64,000 nt of DNA from Sulfolobaceae archaeon. GTDB lineage: Archaea > Thermoproteota > Thermoprotei_A > Sulfolobales > Sulfolobaceae. Where the stretch lies: positions 1-64,000 of the forward strand of contig JAWARQ010000001.1 of NCBI GenBank assembly GCA_038893355.1, given 5' to 3'. The first letter of the stretch is position 1, and each line of letters starts with the position of its first letter. Shown piece by piece: positions 16,809-28,807 of this stretch. A program made the position numbers and the translations under genes. The notes below the pieces were generated by a model. The model worked only from the letters and a program-made list of their open reading frames with translations. It had not been told where the DNA came from and ran no database searches.

Positions 16809-17989
16809 TAATACTACTTATTCACTCTTCAGAATTCTATTTTAAGATAAGGGAAAAGGCTATTACTAGGGCAGAAGAACCTTCTTTAAGTAATCTTGAA
16901 GTTCAAAACGCGTTAGTTGTCTTTACTACAGTTGAGAAGGAGGATGAGGATGAAGAAGTGGTGGAAAATGCTGTAAGGGAAATTATTGATGTAAGGAATA
17001 AAGTTAATGCAAGTAGCGTAGTAATATATCCTTATGCACATCTTTCAAGTAATTTAGCTTCCCCTGAGGTTGCTGTTGAAATATTAAAAAGGCTTGAAGC
17101 TAAGCTTAGGGATAGTGGTCTAGAGGTTTATAGAGCACCATTTGGATGGTATAAGGAATTCAAGATTAAGTGTCTAGGCCACCCATTAAGTGAATTGTCT
17201 AGAAGAATAAGGGCTGGTTCCCTAAATTATGAGAAGTCTAAAGAAATAGAGTACTGTGAAAAATTTGGCTTTCCTTCTTCTCCCCATGCTACATTCATTA
17301 GAAAGGCCGTGTTAGAGTGGATTAAATTTGAATTACAGCCTAGGGTTATAACTGAAAGTGAATATCCTTATTCTGAAGGGGGGTTAAGTATATATTATAG
17401 AAATCCCGAGGGGAGAATAATCCCTTGTGTTAATGAATATCCAACAATTATAGTAAGATATAAGGGAAGTGATGCAAAGATAATAGAACCTAATAAATTC
17501 AAAGATACAAAAAATGAATATATTATATGGAATAAAAAGAAGGAAGACAGTAATTTAATTGAAATAAATCTAAATATATTGACGTACTATTACATTTATA
17601 ATTCTATACAGAATACTCCACCAACATTACCAATATGGATGTCACCAATTCAAGTTAGGATTATTCCAGTAAGGCATGAATATTTAGATCAAGCGAAAAA
17701 AATACTAGAATTATTATCTAATGATGTAAGAGTAGATGTGGATGATTTAGAAGACAGTTTAGGGAATAAGATTAGAAGGGCTGGAATAGAGTGGATTCCA
17801 TATGTAGTTCTTTTGGGTGAAAGGGAGATCAAGACTGGAATGTTAACTGTTAAGATTAGAAGATCAAATGAACAGAAGAGTTTAAGTATAGATGAACTTA
17901 GGAATGAAATACTAAAGAATGATCCAATAAGAGTTAGGCAAGAACTACCAAGATTTTTATCTCAGAGACCTAAGTTAGATTATTTATGA
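16805..17989 (+). CDS. thrS2: Free-standing threonyl-tRNA synthetase editing subunit
   Basis: [15 protein letters not shown] and GHPLSELSR editing domain fused to an anticodon-binding domain; no catalytic core. Confidence 0.9.
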
Positions 17990-18933
17990 TGATTATTGAA
18001 GCGAAGGTTCCTTTAAAGCTTACTTTATTTGGAGAGCATGCTGTAGTTTATAATAAACCTGCTATTGCATTTACAATCTCTGAGTACATTAAAGTTAGAA
18101 TTAAGCCTAGTGAAAAGTTTGTGATAAGGTCTAATGAATTAAGTATTAAGGGTATTAAGGTAGACCTTCATGAATTTAAAATAGAGAATGAGGAGATTAA
18201 GAAATTATTAAGATATATAATAGAAGCAACAAATTATTTCGAGAAAAAAGAACCAGTTGAAATCGAAGTAGAGTCTACCGTTCAACCTTCCGTAGGATTA
18301 GGTACTAGTGCTGCAGTAATTGTAGGTACTGTAGCTGCTTATTCTAAATTTTTAGGAATCAATTTAACGAAGGAAGAAATTGCTAAAATTTCACATCAGA
18401 TAGAGTTAAGAGTTCAAGGGTTAGGAAGTAGAATGGATACTTATACTGAGACATTAGGCGGATTTATATACTTTCCTCCTCAAGAAGGCTTTGAAAGAAT
18501 TAGTACTAGTTTAGAATTTACAGCTGGATACTTTCCTAGGATTATGACTACTGCAGAAATGCTTTATCGTGTTAAAACATTGAAAGAGAAAAGAAGTAAA
18601 CTTTTCTCAATGATATTGGACTCTATTGAGGAAATAGTAATGCAAGCTAGAGAAGCACTAGTGAGAAATGATTTACAAAGTGTTGGGGAATTAATGTATT
18701 ATAATCATGGATTACTAAACGCAATAGGCGTAACTTCGCCCGTTATAGATAATCTGGTATCTACTGCAAAAATATTAGGAATTAGTGGATGTAAAATGAG
18801 TGGTGGTGGAGGTGGTGGGGCTGTAATATGTACTAATGAAAATGAATCAAGGGTCTTAATAAAGTCCTTTGGTGGAAAAATTATAAATTCTAAACCGACA
18901 TTTGAAGGAGTTAATGTCTCTTTCTTAACTTAG
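17986..18933 (+). CDS. mvk: Mevalonate kinase
   Basis: [22 protein letters not shown] and [13 protein letters not shown] motifs. Confidence 0.9.
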   Translation: MMIIEAKVPLKLTLFGEHAVVYNKPAIAFTISEYIKVRIKPSEKFVIRSNELSIKGIKVDLHEFKIENEEIKKLLRYIIEATNYFEKKEPVEIEVESTVQPSVGLGTSAAVIVGTVAAYSKFLGINLTKEEIAKISHQIELRVQGLGSRMDTYTETLGGFIYFPPQEGFERISTSLEFTAGYFPRIMTTAEMLYRVKTLKEKRSKLFSMILDSIEEIVMQAREALVRNDLQSVGELMYYNHGLLNAIGVTSPVIDNLVSTAKILGISGCKMSGGGGGGAVICTNENESRVLIKSFGGKIINSKPTFEGVNVSFLT

Positions 18934-19954
18934 CTATAAAATACCCTGGGGTATTATGAACAAAAGTATGAAACCTTATAATTTCCTCTATTTCAAATCT
19001 AGGATCATTTATAATTTCCTCATTCTCAAGAAATGTTACAGTACAGGTGGAGTATACTAGTATCCCGTTAGGTTTTAGGATCTTATATGCAGCATTAATG
19101 AATTGCTTTTGATATAATGATAATTTTAAAAGGTCATCTTTTGACTTTTTATCAAAAATTTTTGGTCTGATTCCCAGAGCCGAGCAGGGCGGATCTATTA
19201 TTACTTTGTCAACATTTCTTATTCCATAATCCTCATAAAGATATCTAGAATCACCTTGTATTATTTTAATATTATCACTTTTAATATCAAGCCTATTTAA
19301 TAGTTCCTTTGTCTTACTAATCTTGTTCTTAGTTCTATCAACTCCTATAATTCTAGCCCTTGGTTCTAATTGATACAGATGTGTTAGCTTTCCGCCAGGT
19401 GCACAGTTCATATCTACGATTATCTCATTTGGTTTAGGATCTACTAATCTTGCAACATACATCGATGGCTTTTCTTGTATGTAAAATAGTCCCTCCTTAA
19501 ATTCCTCTGTCTCTGCGAGTGGTGGTGTATAGTATAATGATCTAGTTATTATTATCTTATCATTCCTAAGAATACCCTCAGCAACCGCAGTACCATCTTC
19601 TGCAACTACTGTAACTTCATTTTTCTTTCCTATGACCTTTTTTATCCCCGGTTTATATACATAAGCTCCTAACATTGCACTTTCAGCTGCTCTTTTATCA
19701 ACTATCACGATGGTATCTTTAATATCTACTTTATGAGGACCCTTAACTTCGACGTATAAAGCTTCTGGCAGATCTTCATCCATCCTGAAATAGTTTAATC
19801 TTTCAGCCAATTTTTCAGATGTAATTTTTATTGTATTAACTCTTACATATAATCTCAAATTCGGGGTTCTTAGAGATTGGAGAAAGGTATTTATATAACT
19901 TCCGTATACTCTTTTTAATTCTTCAATAACAAAAGAGTCATATTCTAGTCCCAT
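18911..19954 (-). CDS. RsmB/NOP2/NSUN-family RNA m5C methyltransferase
   Basis: [17 protein letters not shown] and YSTCT motifs, with a PUA-like segment. Confidence 0.92.
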   Translation of the reverse strand: MGLEYDSFVIEELKRVYGSYINTFLQSLRTPNLRLYVRVNTIKITSEKLAERLNYFRMDEDLPEALYVEVKGPHKVDIKDTIVIVDKRAAESAMLGAYVYKPGIKKVIGKKNEVTVVAEDGTAVAEGILRNDKIIITRSLYYTPPLAETEEFKEGLFYIQEKPSMYVARLVDPKPNEIIVDMNCAPGGKLTHLYQLEPRARIIGVDRTKNKISKTKELLNRLDIKSDNIKIIQGDSRYLYEDYGIRNVDKVIIDPPCSALGIRPKIFDKKSKDDLLKLSLYQKQFINAAYKILKPNGILVYSTCTVTFLENEEIINDPRFEIEEIIRFHTFVHNTPGYFIAKLRKRH

Positions 19955-20811
19955 ATTACTTTAGCACCTTCATTATTAGGCTCAGTAATGGTACCCCCGA
20001 ATAAAGATATCAACTCTTCTCCCTCAGACCTACTTCTAATAAAAGTGTAAACAGTTGGGCCAAAAGATGATAGGCCAGCGGGAAAACCTTTATTCCTCAT
20101 AGCTTTCATCAAGTTTTTTACATCTTCTGGCTGAAGATTTACTTCTATCCTCTTTAAACCAAGTCCTTGTATTCTATCTATAGCATCTAAAGCGCCCTCT
20201 AAATCTCCTTCAGCTACTGAGGGTATCAACTCGATTAATACTATTCTTGAAAGTGTATCAATCCCTTCTATTTTAGCTTCCTTAAATACTCTTAACTCTT
20301 CTTCACCAAAAACCCTTCTCCCAGTTTTAGGAGTATTTATATAAATATACCAAGGAAAGTCGAACCTTGCTATTAGGGGGGGTGGTGGTGCTGAGGAATA
20401 ATCGGATGGAAGCGCTTCCTTCTTAACCTTTTTAGAATGTCCACCGTCAACAATAAATCCTCCATATTCAAACGCATAGACGCCTATTCCAGAAGTTCCG
20501 CCCCTATTTACTAGTTTAGCTAATTCTACTGCAGAGAGTTTTTTAAGGTTATATTCAGCAGCAAGTTTTGCGATACTTAATAAATATTGAGTAGTCCTTC
20601 CTAAACCTATATGTGGTTCGTAGTCCTCTTCTACACAATACCCTGGAATTTTAAATGGTAGGCTAATCTGTAATTTCTCACAATTGCCTATAGAGACAAC
20701 TATTCTAGGAAATTTCAGTGCTACTCCAACGCTACCGTCAAATCTGCCATACTTTCCTTCAAGATCTATTAATGTTATGTGTATTCTAGATAGACCTATT
20801 ACTTTAAGCAT
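19945..20811 (-). CDS. Beta-ribofuranosylaminobenzene 5'-phosphate (RFAP) synthase
   Basis: SRIHITLIDL, RGGTSGIG, GGFIVDGGH and GLSSFGP motifs. Confidence 0.85.
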   Translation of the reverse strand: MLKVIGLSRIHITLIDLEGKYGRFDGSVGVALKFPRIVVSIGNCEKLQISLPFKIPGYCVEEDYEPHIGLGRTTQYLLSIAKLAAEYNLKKLSAVELAKLVNRGGTSGIGVYAFEYGGFIVDGGHSKKVKKEALPSDYSSAPPPPLIARFDFPWYIYINTPKTGRRVFGEEELRVFKEAKIEGIDTLSRIVLIELIPSVAEGDLEGALDAIDRIQGLGLKRIEVNLQPEDVKNLMKAMRNKGFPAGLSSFGPTVYTFIRSRSEGEELISLFGGTITEPNNEGAKVIWD

Positions 20812-20841
20812 TTTTATCTTACAGTTAAGAATTATGAATAT

Positions 20842-22209
20842 ATGAGTTTAGCTACTGTATTGTATAAAAACGCTAAAGAATATCCAAATTCTATATTCTT
20901 AATAGGAGAACGAGAATTAACTTACCAGCAGGCTTTAGACGAAGTGAGAAAAAGGGCCTCTATAATTTCGCCGGGAGATACTGTGGTTCATTTAATGTTT
21001 AACTCTGTAGATTCCATTTTGAACTATCTTTCCATATTTTGGGCTGGCGGTAAAGTAATAGCATTAGATCCTTTAACTACTTCAGAGGATCTAAAACAAA
21101 TACTTGAAGATGCCGATCCAGACCTTATAATAACTGATGAGGAGATAAGAAGAAGAGAGAAAAATATACTTAATGGTTATAAAGTTATCACTGAGATACA
21201 GCCTAGATCTTTAGAAATTTCTAGACCATATGAATACAGAGAGGATGAGGTCGGGTTAATATACTACTATGCTGGAATTGCGGGTAGGACTATGCAAGTA
21301 TTGCATAGTGCAAATAGAGTAGAATTGAACTCTGCAGTATTATCAGCTGCAATCGGCCTAAAAGAAGTTAGGGCATTACTTACAGTACCCTTGGCACATG
21401 TACTAGGAAATAGTATATTAGGAGTTACGCTAGAAAGTAGTGGAACATTAGTAATAATGAAAAAATTTGATCCAAGAATTGCCGCAGAGTTAATTAATAA
21501 GTATCAAATAAATTACCTATCTACGGTTCCTTTAGTTTATGATTATCTTAATCAAATAGATAATTCAACTCTTAATTCTCTAGAACTTTGTGTAAGCAGT
21601 GCAGCTCCACTATCTAAGACTACTGTAGATACTTTTAAGAAAAAGTATGGGAAAAACATCGTTCAACAATATGGATTTACCGAGGGTCTAATATTAACTT
21701 TTCAACCTAAAGAGTATTCTGATATTATTACGATAGGTAAGCCCTTAGAGAATGTTAAAATAAAAGTTGTTAAGGAGGACGGAAAAGAGGCAAAAGTTGG
21801 AGAAGTCGGAGAGTTATATGTAAAAGCGCCCTGGCTAATGCTAGGATATAAAGATCCAGTTGAAACATCAAAAGTGTTTCAAGATGGCTGGTTAAAGACT
21901 GGTGATTTAGTTAGTTATGATGAAAGAGGTTTTCTATACTTTAAGGGTGTAAAGAAGCGGATGATAAAGTTTAAAGGTTATCCTATATTTCCCAGAGACT
22001 TAGAGGAGATAATTAAAACTCATCCATTAGTAATAGATGCTAAAGTTATTGGTGAGGATGCTGGAGAATTTGGTCAACAGCCTATTGCTAAAGTAATAGT
22101 AAAGGAGAGAAGAGAAGGTATAGAAGAAGAATTACTTAACTATGTTAATTCTAAGGTAGCCTTATATAAGAGATTAAAGAGAGTAGATTTGGTTGATAAG
22201 CTTGAGTGA
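20842..22209 (+). CDS. AMP-binding/acyl-CoA synthetase-like protein with degenerate motifs
   Basis: QQYGFTE and GWLKTGD are present, but the P-loop and C-terminal Lys motifs are altered. Confidence 0.8.
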   Translation: MSLATVLYKNAKEYPNSIFLIGERELTYQQALDEVRKRASIISPGDTVVHLMFNSVDSILNYLSIFWAGGKVIALDPLTTSEDLKQILEDADPDLIITDEEIRRREKNILNGYKVITEIQPRSLEISRPYEYREDEVGLIYYYAGIAGRTMQVLHSANRVELNSAVLSAAIGLKEVRALLTVPLAHVLGNSILGVTLESSGTLVIMKKFDPRIAAELINKYQINYLSTVPLVYDYLNQIDNSTLNSLELCVSSAAPLSKTTVDTFKKKYGKNIVQQYGFTEGLILTFQPKEYSDIITIGKPLENVKIKVVKEDGKEAKVGEVGELYVKAPWLMLGYKDPVETSKVFQDGWLKTGDLVSYDERGFLYFKGVKKRMIKFKGYPIFPRDLEEIIKTHPLVIDAKVIGEDAGEFGQQPIAKVIVKERREGIEEELLNYVNSKVALYKRLKRVDLVDKLE

Positions 22210-22612
22210 GTTAGATAAAATTTTAGAAGAAATTTCTAAAAAATTAGAAGAGAAATCAAAATTATTTGATAATACAAAAAGAGAAAACATTTTAATAAAA
22301 GTAGATAGTAATAATTTTGAGCAAATTATTAAAAATAATAAAATAGTAGTTCTTGATTTCTGGGCAGAGTGGTGTGCCCCTTGTCATCTTTATGAACCGA
22401 TATTTAGAAGAGTAGCCGAGAAGTTTAAGGATAACAAGAACATAGTATTTGGGAGAGTAAATGTTGATGAAAATACAAGTTTAGCAGATGCCTTAAATGT
22501 TTTAAATATTCCTACAACTATCATATTCTTAAATGGAGAACCTAAGGATTATTTAGTAGGAGCAGTAGATGAGGAGACTTTAGAAAAGCATATTAGGGAT
22601 CTTATAAATTGA
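22193..22612 (+). CDS. trxA: Thioredoxin
   Basis: DFWAEWCAPC active site and NIPT cis-Pro loop. Confidence 0.92.
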   Translation: MISLSELDKILEEISKKLEEKSKLFDNTKRENILIKVDSNNFEQIIKNNKIVVLDFWAEWCAPCHLYEPIFRRVAEKFKDNKNIVFGRVNVDENTSLADALNVLNIPTTIIFLNGEPKDYLVGAVDEETLEKHIRDLIN

Positions 22613-23217
22613 TAAAGGCGTATTTAAGGAAAACCCTAGGAAATTTTACTTTAGATGCAAAAATTGAGGAAAGTGGCATAATAGCAATTATTGGTAAGAA
22701 TGGAAGTGGAAAAACTACATTTTTAAAATTGATCTCCGGTATTCTTAAACCGGATTTTGGATATGTAGTATTAGATAATTTAGATATAACTAATTTGCCT
22801 ATTGAGAAGAAGAATGTAGTATATTTATCTTATGAAACATATATTCCACACTTTGATGTAGATAAGCATATATTATGGGGAGCAAGAAATAGGAAAGTGA
22901 AGGTATCTAATGATGAATTAAAAGAAATAAAAGAAAGCTTAGGAATAAATTTTAAAGGGAAGATAAAGAATTTAAGCTTAGGAATGAGAATAAGGGTAAT
23001 TCTTGCAACATCAATATTAGCAAAACCTAGACTAATTTTAGCGGATGAAATTTTCTCTAATTTAAGTGATAGAAAAGATATTATAAATAATTTATTTAAA
23101 ATCTTAAATAAATATAATATTGAACTTATTTATACAACTCAAATACTAGAAGATGCTAAATATTCTAAAAAGATATATAAAATGGAAGAGGGAAAACTGT
23201 ATCAATTTAATATTTAA
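22609..23217 (+). CDS. ABC transporter ATP-binding protein (no adjacent permease)
   Basis: Walker A GKNGSGKT, signature LSLGM, Walker B ILADE. Confidence 0.85.
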   Translation: MIKAYLRKTLGNFTLDAKIEESGIIAIIGKNGSGKTTFLKLISGILKPDFGYVVLDNLDITNLPIEKKNVVYLSYETYIPHFDVDKHILWGARNRKVKVSNDELKEIKESLGINFKGKIKNLSLGMRIRVILATSILAKPRLILADEIFSNLSDRKDIINNLFKILNKYNIELIYTTQILEDAKYSKKIYKMEEGKLYQFNI

Positions 23218-23427
23218 TTTATTTAATTTTAAAGATAAAATAAGTAACAAGAATCTATAGTAAATCATATTATTTAATTAGTTTTATTTTATTATATACC
23301 TATCCAATTCGTTATCTTCTTTCTAAATTCTTAGGAAAATGTCATTATAAATTATACATATAAATCTGAAAATCATTTAGCATAGATTTCAGAAGAATTT
23401 ATATACAGTTTATATTCAAGATTGTTC

Positions 23428-24843
23428 ATGCCTAAAACAATTGAAGAGATTATGAAAATCATTAAGGAAAATAATATTAAATGGATTGATTTGCAGTTTA
23501 CAGATTTAGTTGGAAGAACACATCATACTACTATTCCGATTTCAGAAGTTGATGAAAAAAGTTTAAAGCAGGGATTTGGAAAACTTGATGGTAGTTCAAT
23601 AAAAGGATTTACAACGATCTATGAAAGTGATATGGTATTACAACCAGTTCTCGAAACATTTGCGATAGTACCCTGGCACCCAAATACTGCAAGATTCATA
23701 TGTAGAGTATTTTGGGGTCAAAATAGAGGAAGATTTGAAAGAGATCCTAGATATATTGCAGAAGAGGCAGAAAGATATCAGCAAGAATTAGGGTATATAA
23801 GTTATTTTGGGCCAGAACTAGAATTTTTCTTATTTGATAAAGTAGAATTAGATGTAAGTTTACCTCAAAGTGGAACAGGATATAAAATTAAAGCAAGGGA
23901 AGCACCATGGAGTAATTCAGGATCTTATGTAATAAGATATAAAGAGGGTTACTTTCCTACTCCACCAGTGGATCAATTAACTAATATAAGATTAGAAATT
24001 GCAGAAACTATGATAAACTACTTTGGATTTACTATTGAAGCACTACACCACGAAGTAGCTACTGCAGGGCAAGGTGAAATTGATTTTAGATTTTCTACAT
24101 TAACTGATACCGCGGATAAAGTTCAGACATTTAAATACGTAGTTAAAAATGTAGCAAATAAACATGGAATGGTAGCAACTTTTATGCCAAAACCGTTTTT
24201 TGGAGATAATGGATCTGGAATGCACACGCACTTTAGTATATGGACTAAAGACGGGAAAAAGAATCTAATGTTTGACCCTAATGATGAATATGCTGAAATA
24301 AGCCAGATTGGTAGATATGTGATTGGAGGAATTCTGGCCCATGCAAGAGCACTTTCTGCTATAGTATCACCAACTACTAATAGCTATAGAAGATTAGTGC
24401 CTGGCTATGAGGCACCAGTATATATTGCATGGAGTAAGGGTAATAGGAGTGCAATAGTAAGAGTTCCGGTATATTATAAGGGTATTGAAAAAGCTAAAAG
24501 AATTGAATACAGAGCACCAGATCCTTCTTGTAATCCTTATCTAGCATTTGCAGCCATCCTAATGGCTGCAATAGATGGTATAAATAAAAAGATTGATCCA
24601 GGAGATCCAATTGACGAGAATATTTATCACATACCCATAGAGAAAAGAAAGAGCTTAGGAATAAAGGAATTACCACGATCATTAGATGAAGCATTAGATG
24701 AATTAGAGAGTGATAATGAATTCTTAAAGCCTGTATTTAACTCCTCTATCCTTCAAACATATATTGACATAAAGAGAGAAGAAGCAAGGACAATTCAATT
24801 ATTCCCACATCCAATGGAAATATATTACTATTTAGATGCTTAA
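23428..24843 (+). CDS. glnA: Glutamine synthetase type I
   Basis: DGSSI, HHEVA, FMPKP..NGSGMH and RIEYRAPD motifs. TATA at 23398-23405 favours a leaderless ATG at 23428. Confidence 0.97.
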   Translation: MPKTIEEIMKIIKENNIKWIDLQFTDLVGRTHHTTIPISEVDEKSLKQGFGKLDGSSIKGFTTIYESDMVLQPVLETFAIVPWHPNTARFICRVFWGQNRGRFERDPRYIAEEAERYQQELGYISYFGPELEFFLFDKVELDVSLPQSGTGYKIKAREAPWSNSGSYVIRYKEGYFPTPPVDQLTNIRLEIAETMINYFGFTIEALHHEVATAGQGEIDFRFSTLTDTADKVQTFKYVVKNVANKHGMVATFMPKPFFGDNGSGMHTHFSIWTKDGKKNLMFDPNDEYAEISQIGRYVIGGILAHARALSAIVSPTTNSYRRLVPGYEAPVYIAWSKGNRSAIVRVPVYYKGIEKAKRIEYRAPDPSCNPYLAFAAILMAAIDGINKKIDPGDPIDENIYHIPIEKRKSLGIKELPRSLDEALDELESDNEFLKPVFNSSILQTYIDIKREEARTIQLFPHPMEIYYYLDA

Positions 24844-25742
24844 GACGGGAAGTATATTCCATAACGTTTAAGCTGAAGTAAATATGAGTTTTTATCAAAA
24901 TCTGTATCAAATTTATAATTTTTAATACTCTCTTTTAATAAATCTGTATTGATATTTAATATATTTGCATAATCTTCAATCCATCTTTCAGAATTATTTT
25001 TAAATTCTGTAAACGATTCTTCAATTTCTTTAACTAATATGTCTTCATTGACCTTTCTTGGATTTATAGCAATACTACAACAGTTTATTTCATCAAATTT
25101 ATGAAGTAATCTATAACCTTTTTTGAGTAAAAGTGATAAGTATGGTTCCCAAATTGCAATTGAATTAACTTCTTTCCTCTCTAAAGCTTCTATAAGCCTA
25201 ATAGGGGTTTTATAAGTCTTAATTTCTGCATCATGGAATTTACTGATTGTAAATACTTCCATACTCGAGATAGGAGTAGAACCTATTATCTCAGTATCTA
25301 AACCTACTACCCCACTACCACCTTTACTATAACTTGTTATTATTTTTATATCAAAAATCTTTGAGAATATTAATTGTGTTATAATAGGAGATACACCAAT
25401 ATCAATCTCACCAAGTGCAAGCGCTTTAGTTAATTCTAAACCATCATCAAAAATTATTATTTTAGGATTATAGTTTTTGTATAATAATCTTTTGTATAAC
25501 GGAACGATAAACGGATACTCTGCAGCTCTTATTATACCTATTTTTATAATTTTATTATTTATAGGAATAATTTTATAGTGCCTTCCCATTACTTTAACTT
25601 TCTTTATTAAGCCTTTCTTCTCTAGCTCAGATAAAACTTCTGAAACTCTACTTTTAGATAATCCAGATATCTTTACAAGTTCTGACTGATAAATCTCATT
25701 ATATTCTCGTAATATTGATAATATCTTATCTCTCGCATTCAT
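24840..25742 (-). CDS. Winged-HTH regulator fused to a substrate-binding-protein-like domain
   Basis: N-terminal [28 protein letters not shown] wHTH; C-terminal region with an IAIWEPY motif as in SsuA/NMT1-like binding domains. Confidence 0.7.
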   Translation of the reverse strand: MNARDKILSILREYNEIYQSELVKISGLSKSRVSEVLSELEKKGLIKKVKVMGRHYKIIPINNKIIKIGIIRAAEYPFIVPLYKRLLYKNYNPKIIIFDDGLELTKALALGEIDIGVSPIITQLIFSKIFDIKIITSYSKGGSGVVGLDTEIIGSTPISSMEVFTISKFHDAEIKTYKTPIRLIEALERKEVNSIAIWEPYLSLLLKKGYRLLHKFDEINCCSIAINPRKVNEDILVKEIEESFTEFKNNSERWIEDYANILNINTDLLKESIKNYKFDTDFDKNSYLLQLKRYGIYFPS

Positions 25743-25760
25743 TTTAAATGATTACTTTTC

Positions 25761-26405
25761 CTATAATATTAAGTTTAAGTCACCTTGTAGTTGTAATAAT
25801 TTTAACACATAATTTCTGAGTGACTTTCTAGTATTAAATATCCCCCTAGTTGCAATTGAAGTCATTTTTGCATTTCTATCTTTAACCCCTCTTATATAAG
25901 TGCACATGTGAATACCATTAGATATAACCATTACTCCTTTTGGCTGAAAATCACTTTTATACAATGCATCAGCTATTTGCTCTACTAATCTTTCTTGTAG
26001 TTGGAGTCTTGAAGAGTAATAATTAACTATTCTAATAATCTTGCTGAGACCAGCGACTTTTCCTTTATCATTTATTACATAAGCTACATGTACTTTACCT
26101 ATTATTGGTAACATATGGTGTTCACATAATGATGAGAAACTTATATCTCGTACTAAAACTAAATTCTTATCACTATAATACTCAGAATGCCTATCATCTA
26201 TTAAATTAAATACCTTTACCTTAGGCTCTGGTTCTCTAAGTCCTCGGGTCATTTCTAATAAAGCTCTGGCAACTCTAGTGGGAGTCTCTATAAGTCCTTC
26301 TCTATTCGGATCCTCACCTAGCAATAATAGTATCTCCCTTATTCTTCTTGCAATTTCCTCTATTAATTCATTTTCACTTAGTTGTTGATTTTCCATAACA
26401 ATCAC
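25761..26405 (-). CDS. folE: GTP cyclohydrolase I
   Basis: [23 protein letters not shown] and QLQERL motifs. Confidence 0.95.
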   Translation of the reverse strand: MIVMENQQLSENELIEEIARRIREILLLLGEDPNREGLIETPTRVARALLEMTRGLREPEPKVKVFNLIDDRHSEYYSDKNLVLVRDISFSSLCEHHMLPIIGKVHVAYVINDKGKVAGLSKIIRIVNYYSSRLQLQERLVEQIADALYKSDFQPKGVMVISNGIHMCTYIRGVKDRNAKMTSIATRGIFNTRKSLRNYVLKLLQLQGDLNLIL

Positions 26406-26568
26406 TTACTCTCGTTAAAACATCCAATAAAAGTACTGCTTTAGTGATATTTAAACAAGATTTTTATAAGCCATATACCTACATAATTCTGAGTATAACT
26501 TGTATTCAGAGAAATTAAAAATTCTTTAGATTTAAAGGAAAAAAGGAAAATAATAAAAACTCTTAGTA

Positions 26569-27642
26569 CTATTTCGGTAGGGTCTCAATTACTTTTGCCT
26601 TATCCGATGTAACTATAATCGTATCTTCTATCCTAATCCCATATTTGTCCTTAAAATACACACCGGGTTCGATTGTAATTACCATATTTTTTTCTAATCT
26701 TACATCTTTACTTAATTGTGATAATGTTGGAAATTCATGAATTTCAATTCCAACTCCATGACCTAAGGAATGTATGAAATTTCTTGATAAATCGTATTTA
26801 TCTAAAATTTTTCTTGATAAGGTATCAAGCTCAGACGCTAATACTCCATCATGCACGTTATCTATTGAGGTAAGCTGAGCTTCAAGTACCGCTTCATACA
26901 CCTTCTTTATTTCTTGATCCTTTACCTTACCTATTAATGTTCTAGTACTATCAAAACAATATCCACTATACTTTGCACCTATATCTATGAGCATAATATC
27001 ATTCTCACTTAGCTTTACATCACTTGGAACATGATGGGGTTCTGCGGAATTCTTACCAAATGCTACTATCGAGGGAAACGCGTAGTCTTCAGCTCCATAT
27101 TTTTTCATATAATAATCTATAATTCCTGCCAACTCTTTCTCTGATAATTTCTCACTAGAATAATATGCCTCCATCGCCTTTTCCATGGCTTTCTTTGTTA
27201 TATCACCAGCTTTAATAATATTCTCTATTTCATCACTTGTCTTAATAGATCTTATTTTCCAAATCTCTTTACTTATATCCTCTATCTCGTAAGCCTTAAG
27301 CATTTCTAATTGTGGAATACTCATCCATTCTTTATCTACTAGAACTCTCTTTCTATTATTACCAATTATTTTTTGAATCGACGTTAATAAATTTCCTTCA
27401 ATGACTCCATCTTGAATCTTAAAAGGATAATATGCTACTACTTCAATTGATTTATATGCATTACTTTCCGCCCTATATTTTTCTAAAAGTGGAACTACTA
27501 ATATTGAATTTTCATTACAATGAATTAAAGCTCCAGGCCCATAATAATTTGTAAAGTAGAAAATATTTGGAACTCCAAATATTATAATACATTCATTCGT
27601 ACCCAAGTCTATATGTTTTAATAATTTTTTTATCCTCTCCAC
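26569..27642 (-). CDS. pepQ: Xaa-Pro dipeptidase/aminopeptidase (M24)
   Basis: [20 protein letters not shown] and GIRIEDT motifs. Confidence 0.92.
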   Translation of the reverse strand: MERIKKLLKHIDLGTNECIIIFGVPNIFYFTNYYGPGALIHCNENSILVVPLLEKYRAESNAYKSIEVVAYYPFKIQDGVIEGNLLTSIQKIIGNNRKRVLVDKEWMSIPQLEMLKAYEIEDISKEIWKIRSIKTSDEIENIIKAGDITKKAMEKAMEAYYSSEKLSEKELAGIIDYYMKKYGAEDYAFPSIVAFGKNSAEPHHVPSDVKLSENDIMLIDIGAKYSGYCFDSTRTLIGKVKDQEIKKVYEAVLEAQLTSIDNVHDGVLASELDTLSRKILDKYDLSRNFIHSLGHGVGIEIHEFPTLSQLSKDVRLEKNMVITIEPGVYFKDKYGIRIEDTIIVTSDKAKVIETLPK

Positions 27643-28579
27643 TGCTTTTCGTGGTATACTTAAAATTAGGCTCTCTAATAACTATTGCTATTCTAAAAGC
27701 TCTTTTTAGTAGTTCGTGTCTTTCAGATTCACTGAAATCTCCTCTAAGTATATCAAGGATGTCTATTACTTTATCTTCTCTATATAAGCAGGTCTTTAAT
27801 TTACCATCTGCAGTTAATCTTACCCTATTACAACCTGCACAAAATAAAGGATTAGCATAGGGCTTTACTACTTCGACAATTAATCCTGAAGGTAATTTAT
27901 ACCTAGGCCTATAGTGCTTAGATCTAATTTCGACCCTTATAGCTAGACTGGATAATATTTTCTCAACTTCATCTAATGATTCATGAAATAGAAAATTCAC
28001 CTTACCGAGCCCTACTGGATGTAATTCTATCAAGTGAAGCTCGTCTATTCCTAGACTTTCAGAAATTTCTATAATTTTAAATATTTCATTAGAATTTTTT
28101 TTATTTAAAACAAAATTTAATTTTATTGGTCTTAAATTAGCATCAATTGCAGCCTTAATGCCTTCTATAACCTTATCAAATGCATCAACTCCAGTAATTT
28201 CCTTGAATTTTTCTTTATTTGTTGCATGTAAACTTATATTAATTCTATCAAGTCCAGCTTCTTTCAATTTATATGCTAGCTTAGCTAATAGAAAACCATT
28301 AGTTGTCATAGATATTTCATTAATTTTAGAATAATTTTTAAGTAAGTAAACTATCTCTAAAATATCTCTTCTTACTGTTGGTTCGCCACCGGTTAATTTA
28401 ACACTTTTAATACCAAACTCTTTTGCAATTTTGGCGACTTCAGCAATTTCTCTGGGAGTTAGGCTCTTTTCTCCAATATCTTCTCCTTCCATATGACAGA
28501 AAAAGCATGAAAAGTTACATACATGTGTAACTGTAATTCTCAAATCCTCTATTGGTCTACCATATCTATCAATGTTCAT
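27593..28579 (-). CDS. moaA: GTP 3',8-cyclase (radical SAM)
   Basis: [15 protein letters not shown] and [20 protein letters not shown] motifs. Confidence 0.95.
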   Translation of the reverse strand: MNIDRYGRPIEDLRITVTHVCNFSCFFCHMEGEDIGEKSLTPREIAEVAKIAKEFGIKSVKLTGGEPTVRRDILEIVYLLKNYSKINEISMTTNGFLLAKLAYKLKEAGLDRINISLHATNKEKFKEITGVDAFDKVIEGIKAAIDANLRPIKLNFVLNKKNSNEIFKIIEISESLGIDELHLIELHPVGLGKVNFLFHESLDEVEKILSSLAIRVEIRSKHYRPRYKLPSGLIVEVVKPYANPLFCAGCNRVRLTADGKLKTCLYREDKVIDILDILRGDFSESERHELLKRAFRIAIVIREPNFKYTTKSSGEDKKIIKTYRLGYE

Positions 28580-28618
28580 TAAATTTATACTGGTTAAACA
28601 TATTAATAAAAGACAGTT

Positions 28619-28807
28619 ATGAAGAAGATTAATTGTCCAAAGTGTGGAATTGTAATGGATTTTCTGGTTGAATCAGAAAGTAATGACGCCTATACTAGGA
28701 GAATAAGATATTATTATAGATGTCCTATTTGTGGAACTAAGATTAATGATACACAAATTCAAATTTTAAAGCAAAATGAGTATATAACTATAAAAATCTT
28801 GCAATAA
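28619..28807 (+). CDS. Small zinc-ribbon protein
   Basis: 62 aa with CPKCG and CPICG. Confidence 0.75.
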   Translation: MKKINCPKCGIVMDFLVESESNDAYTRRIRYYYRCPICGTKINDTQIQILKQNEYITIKILQ

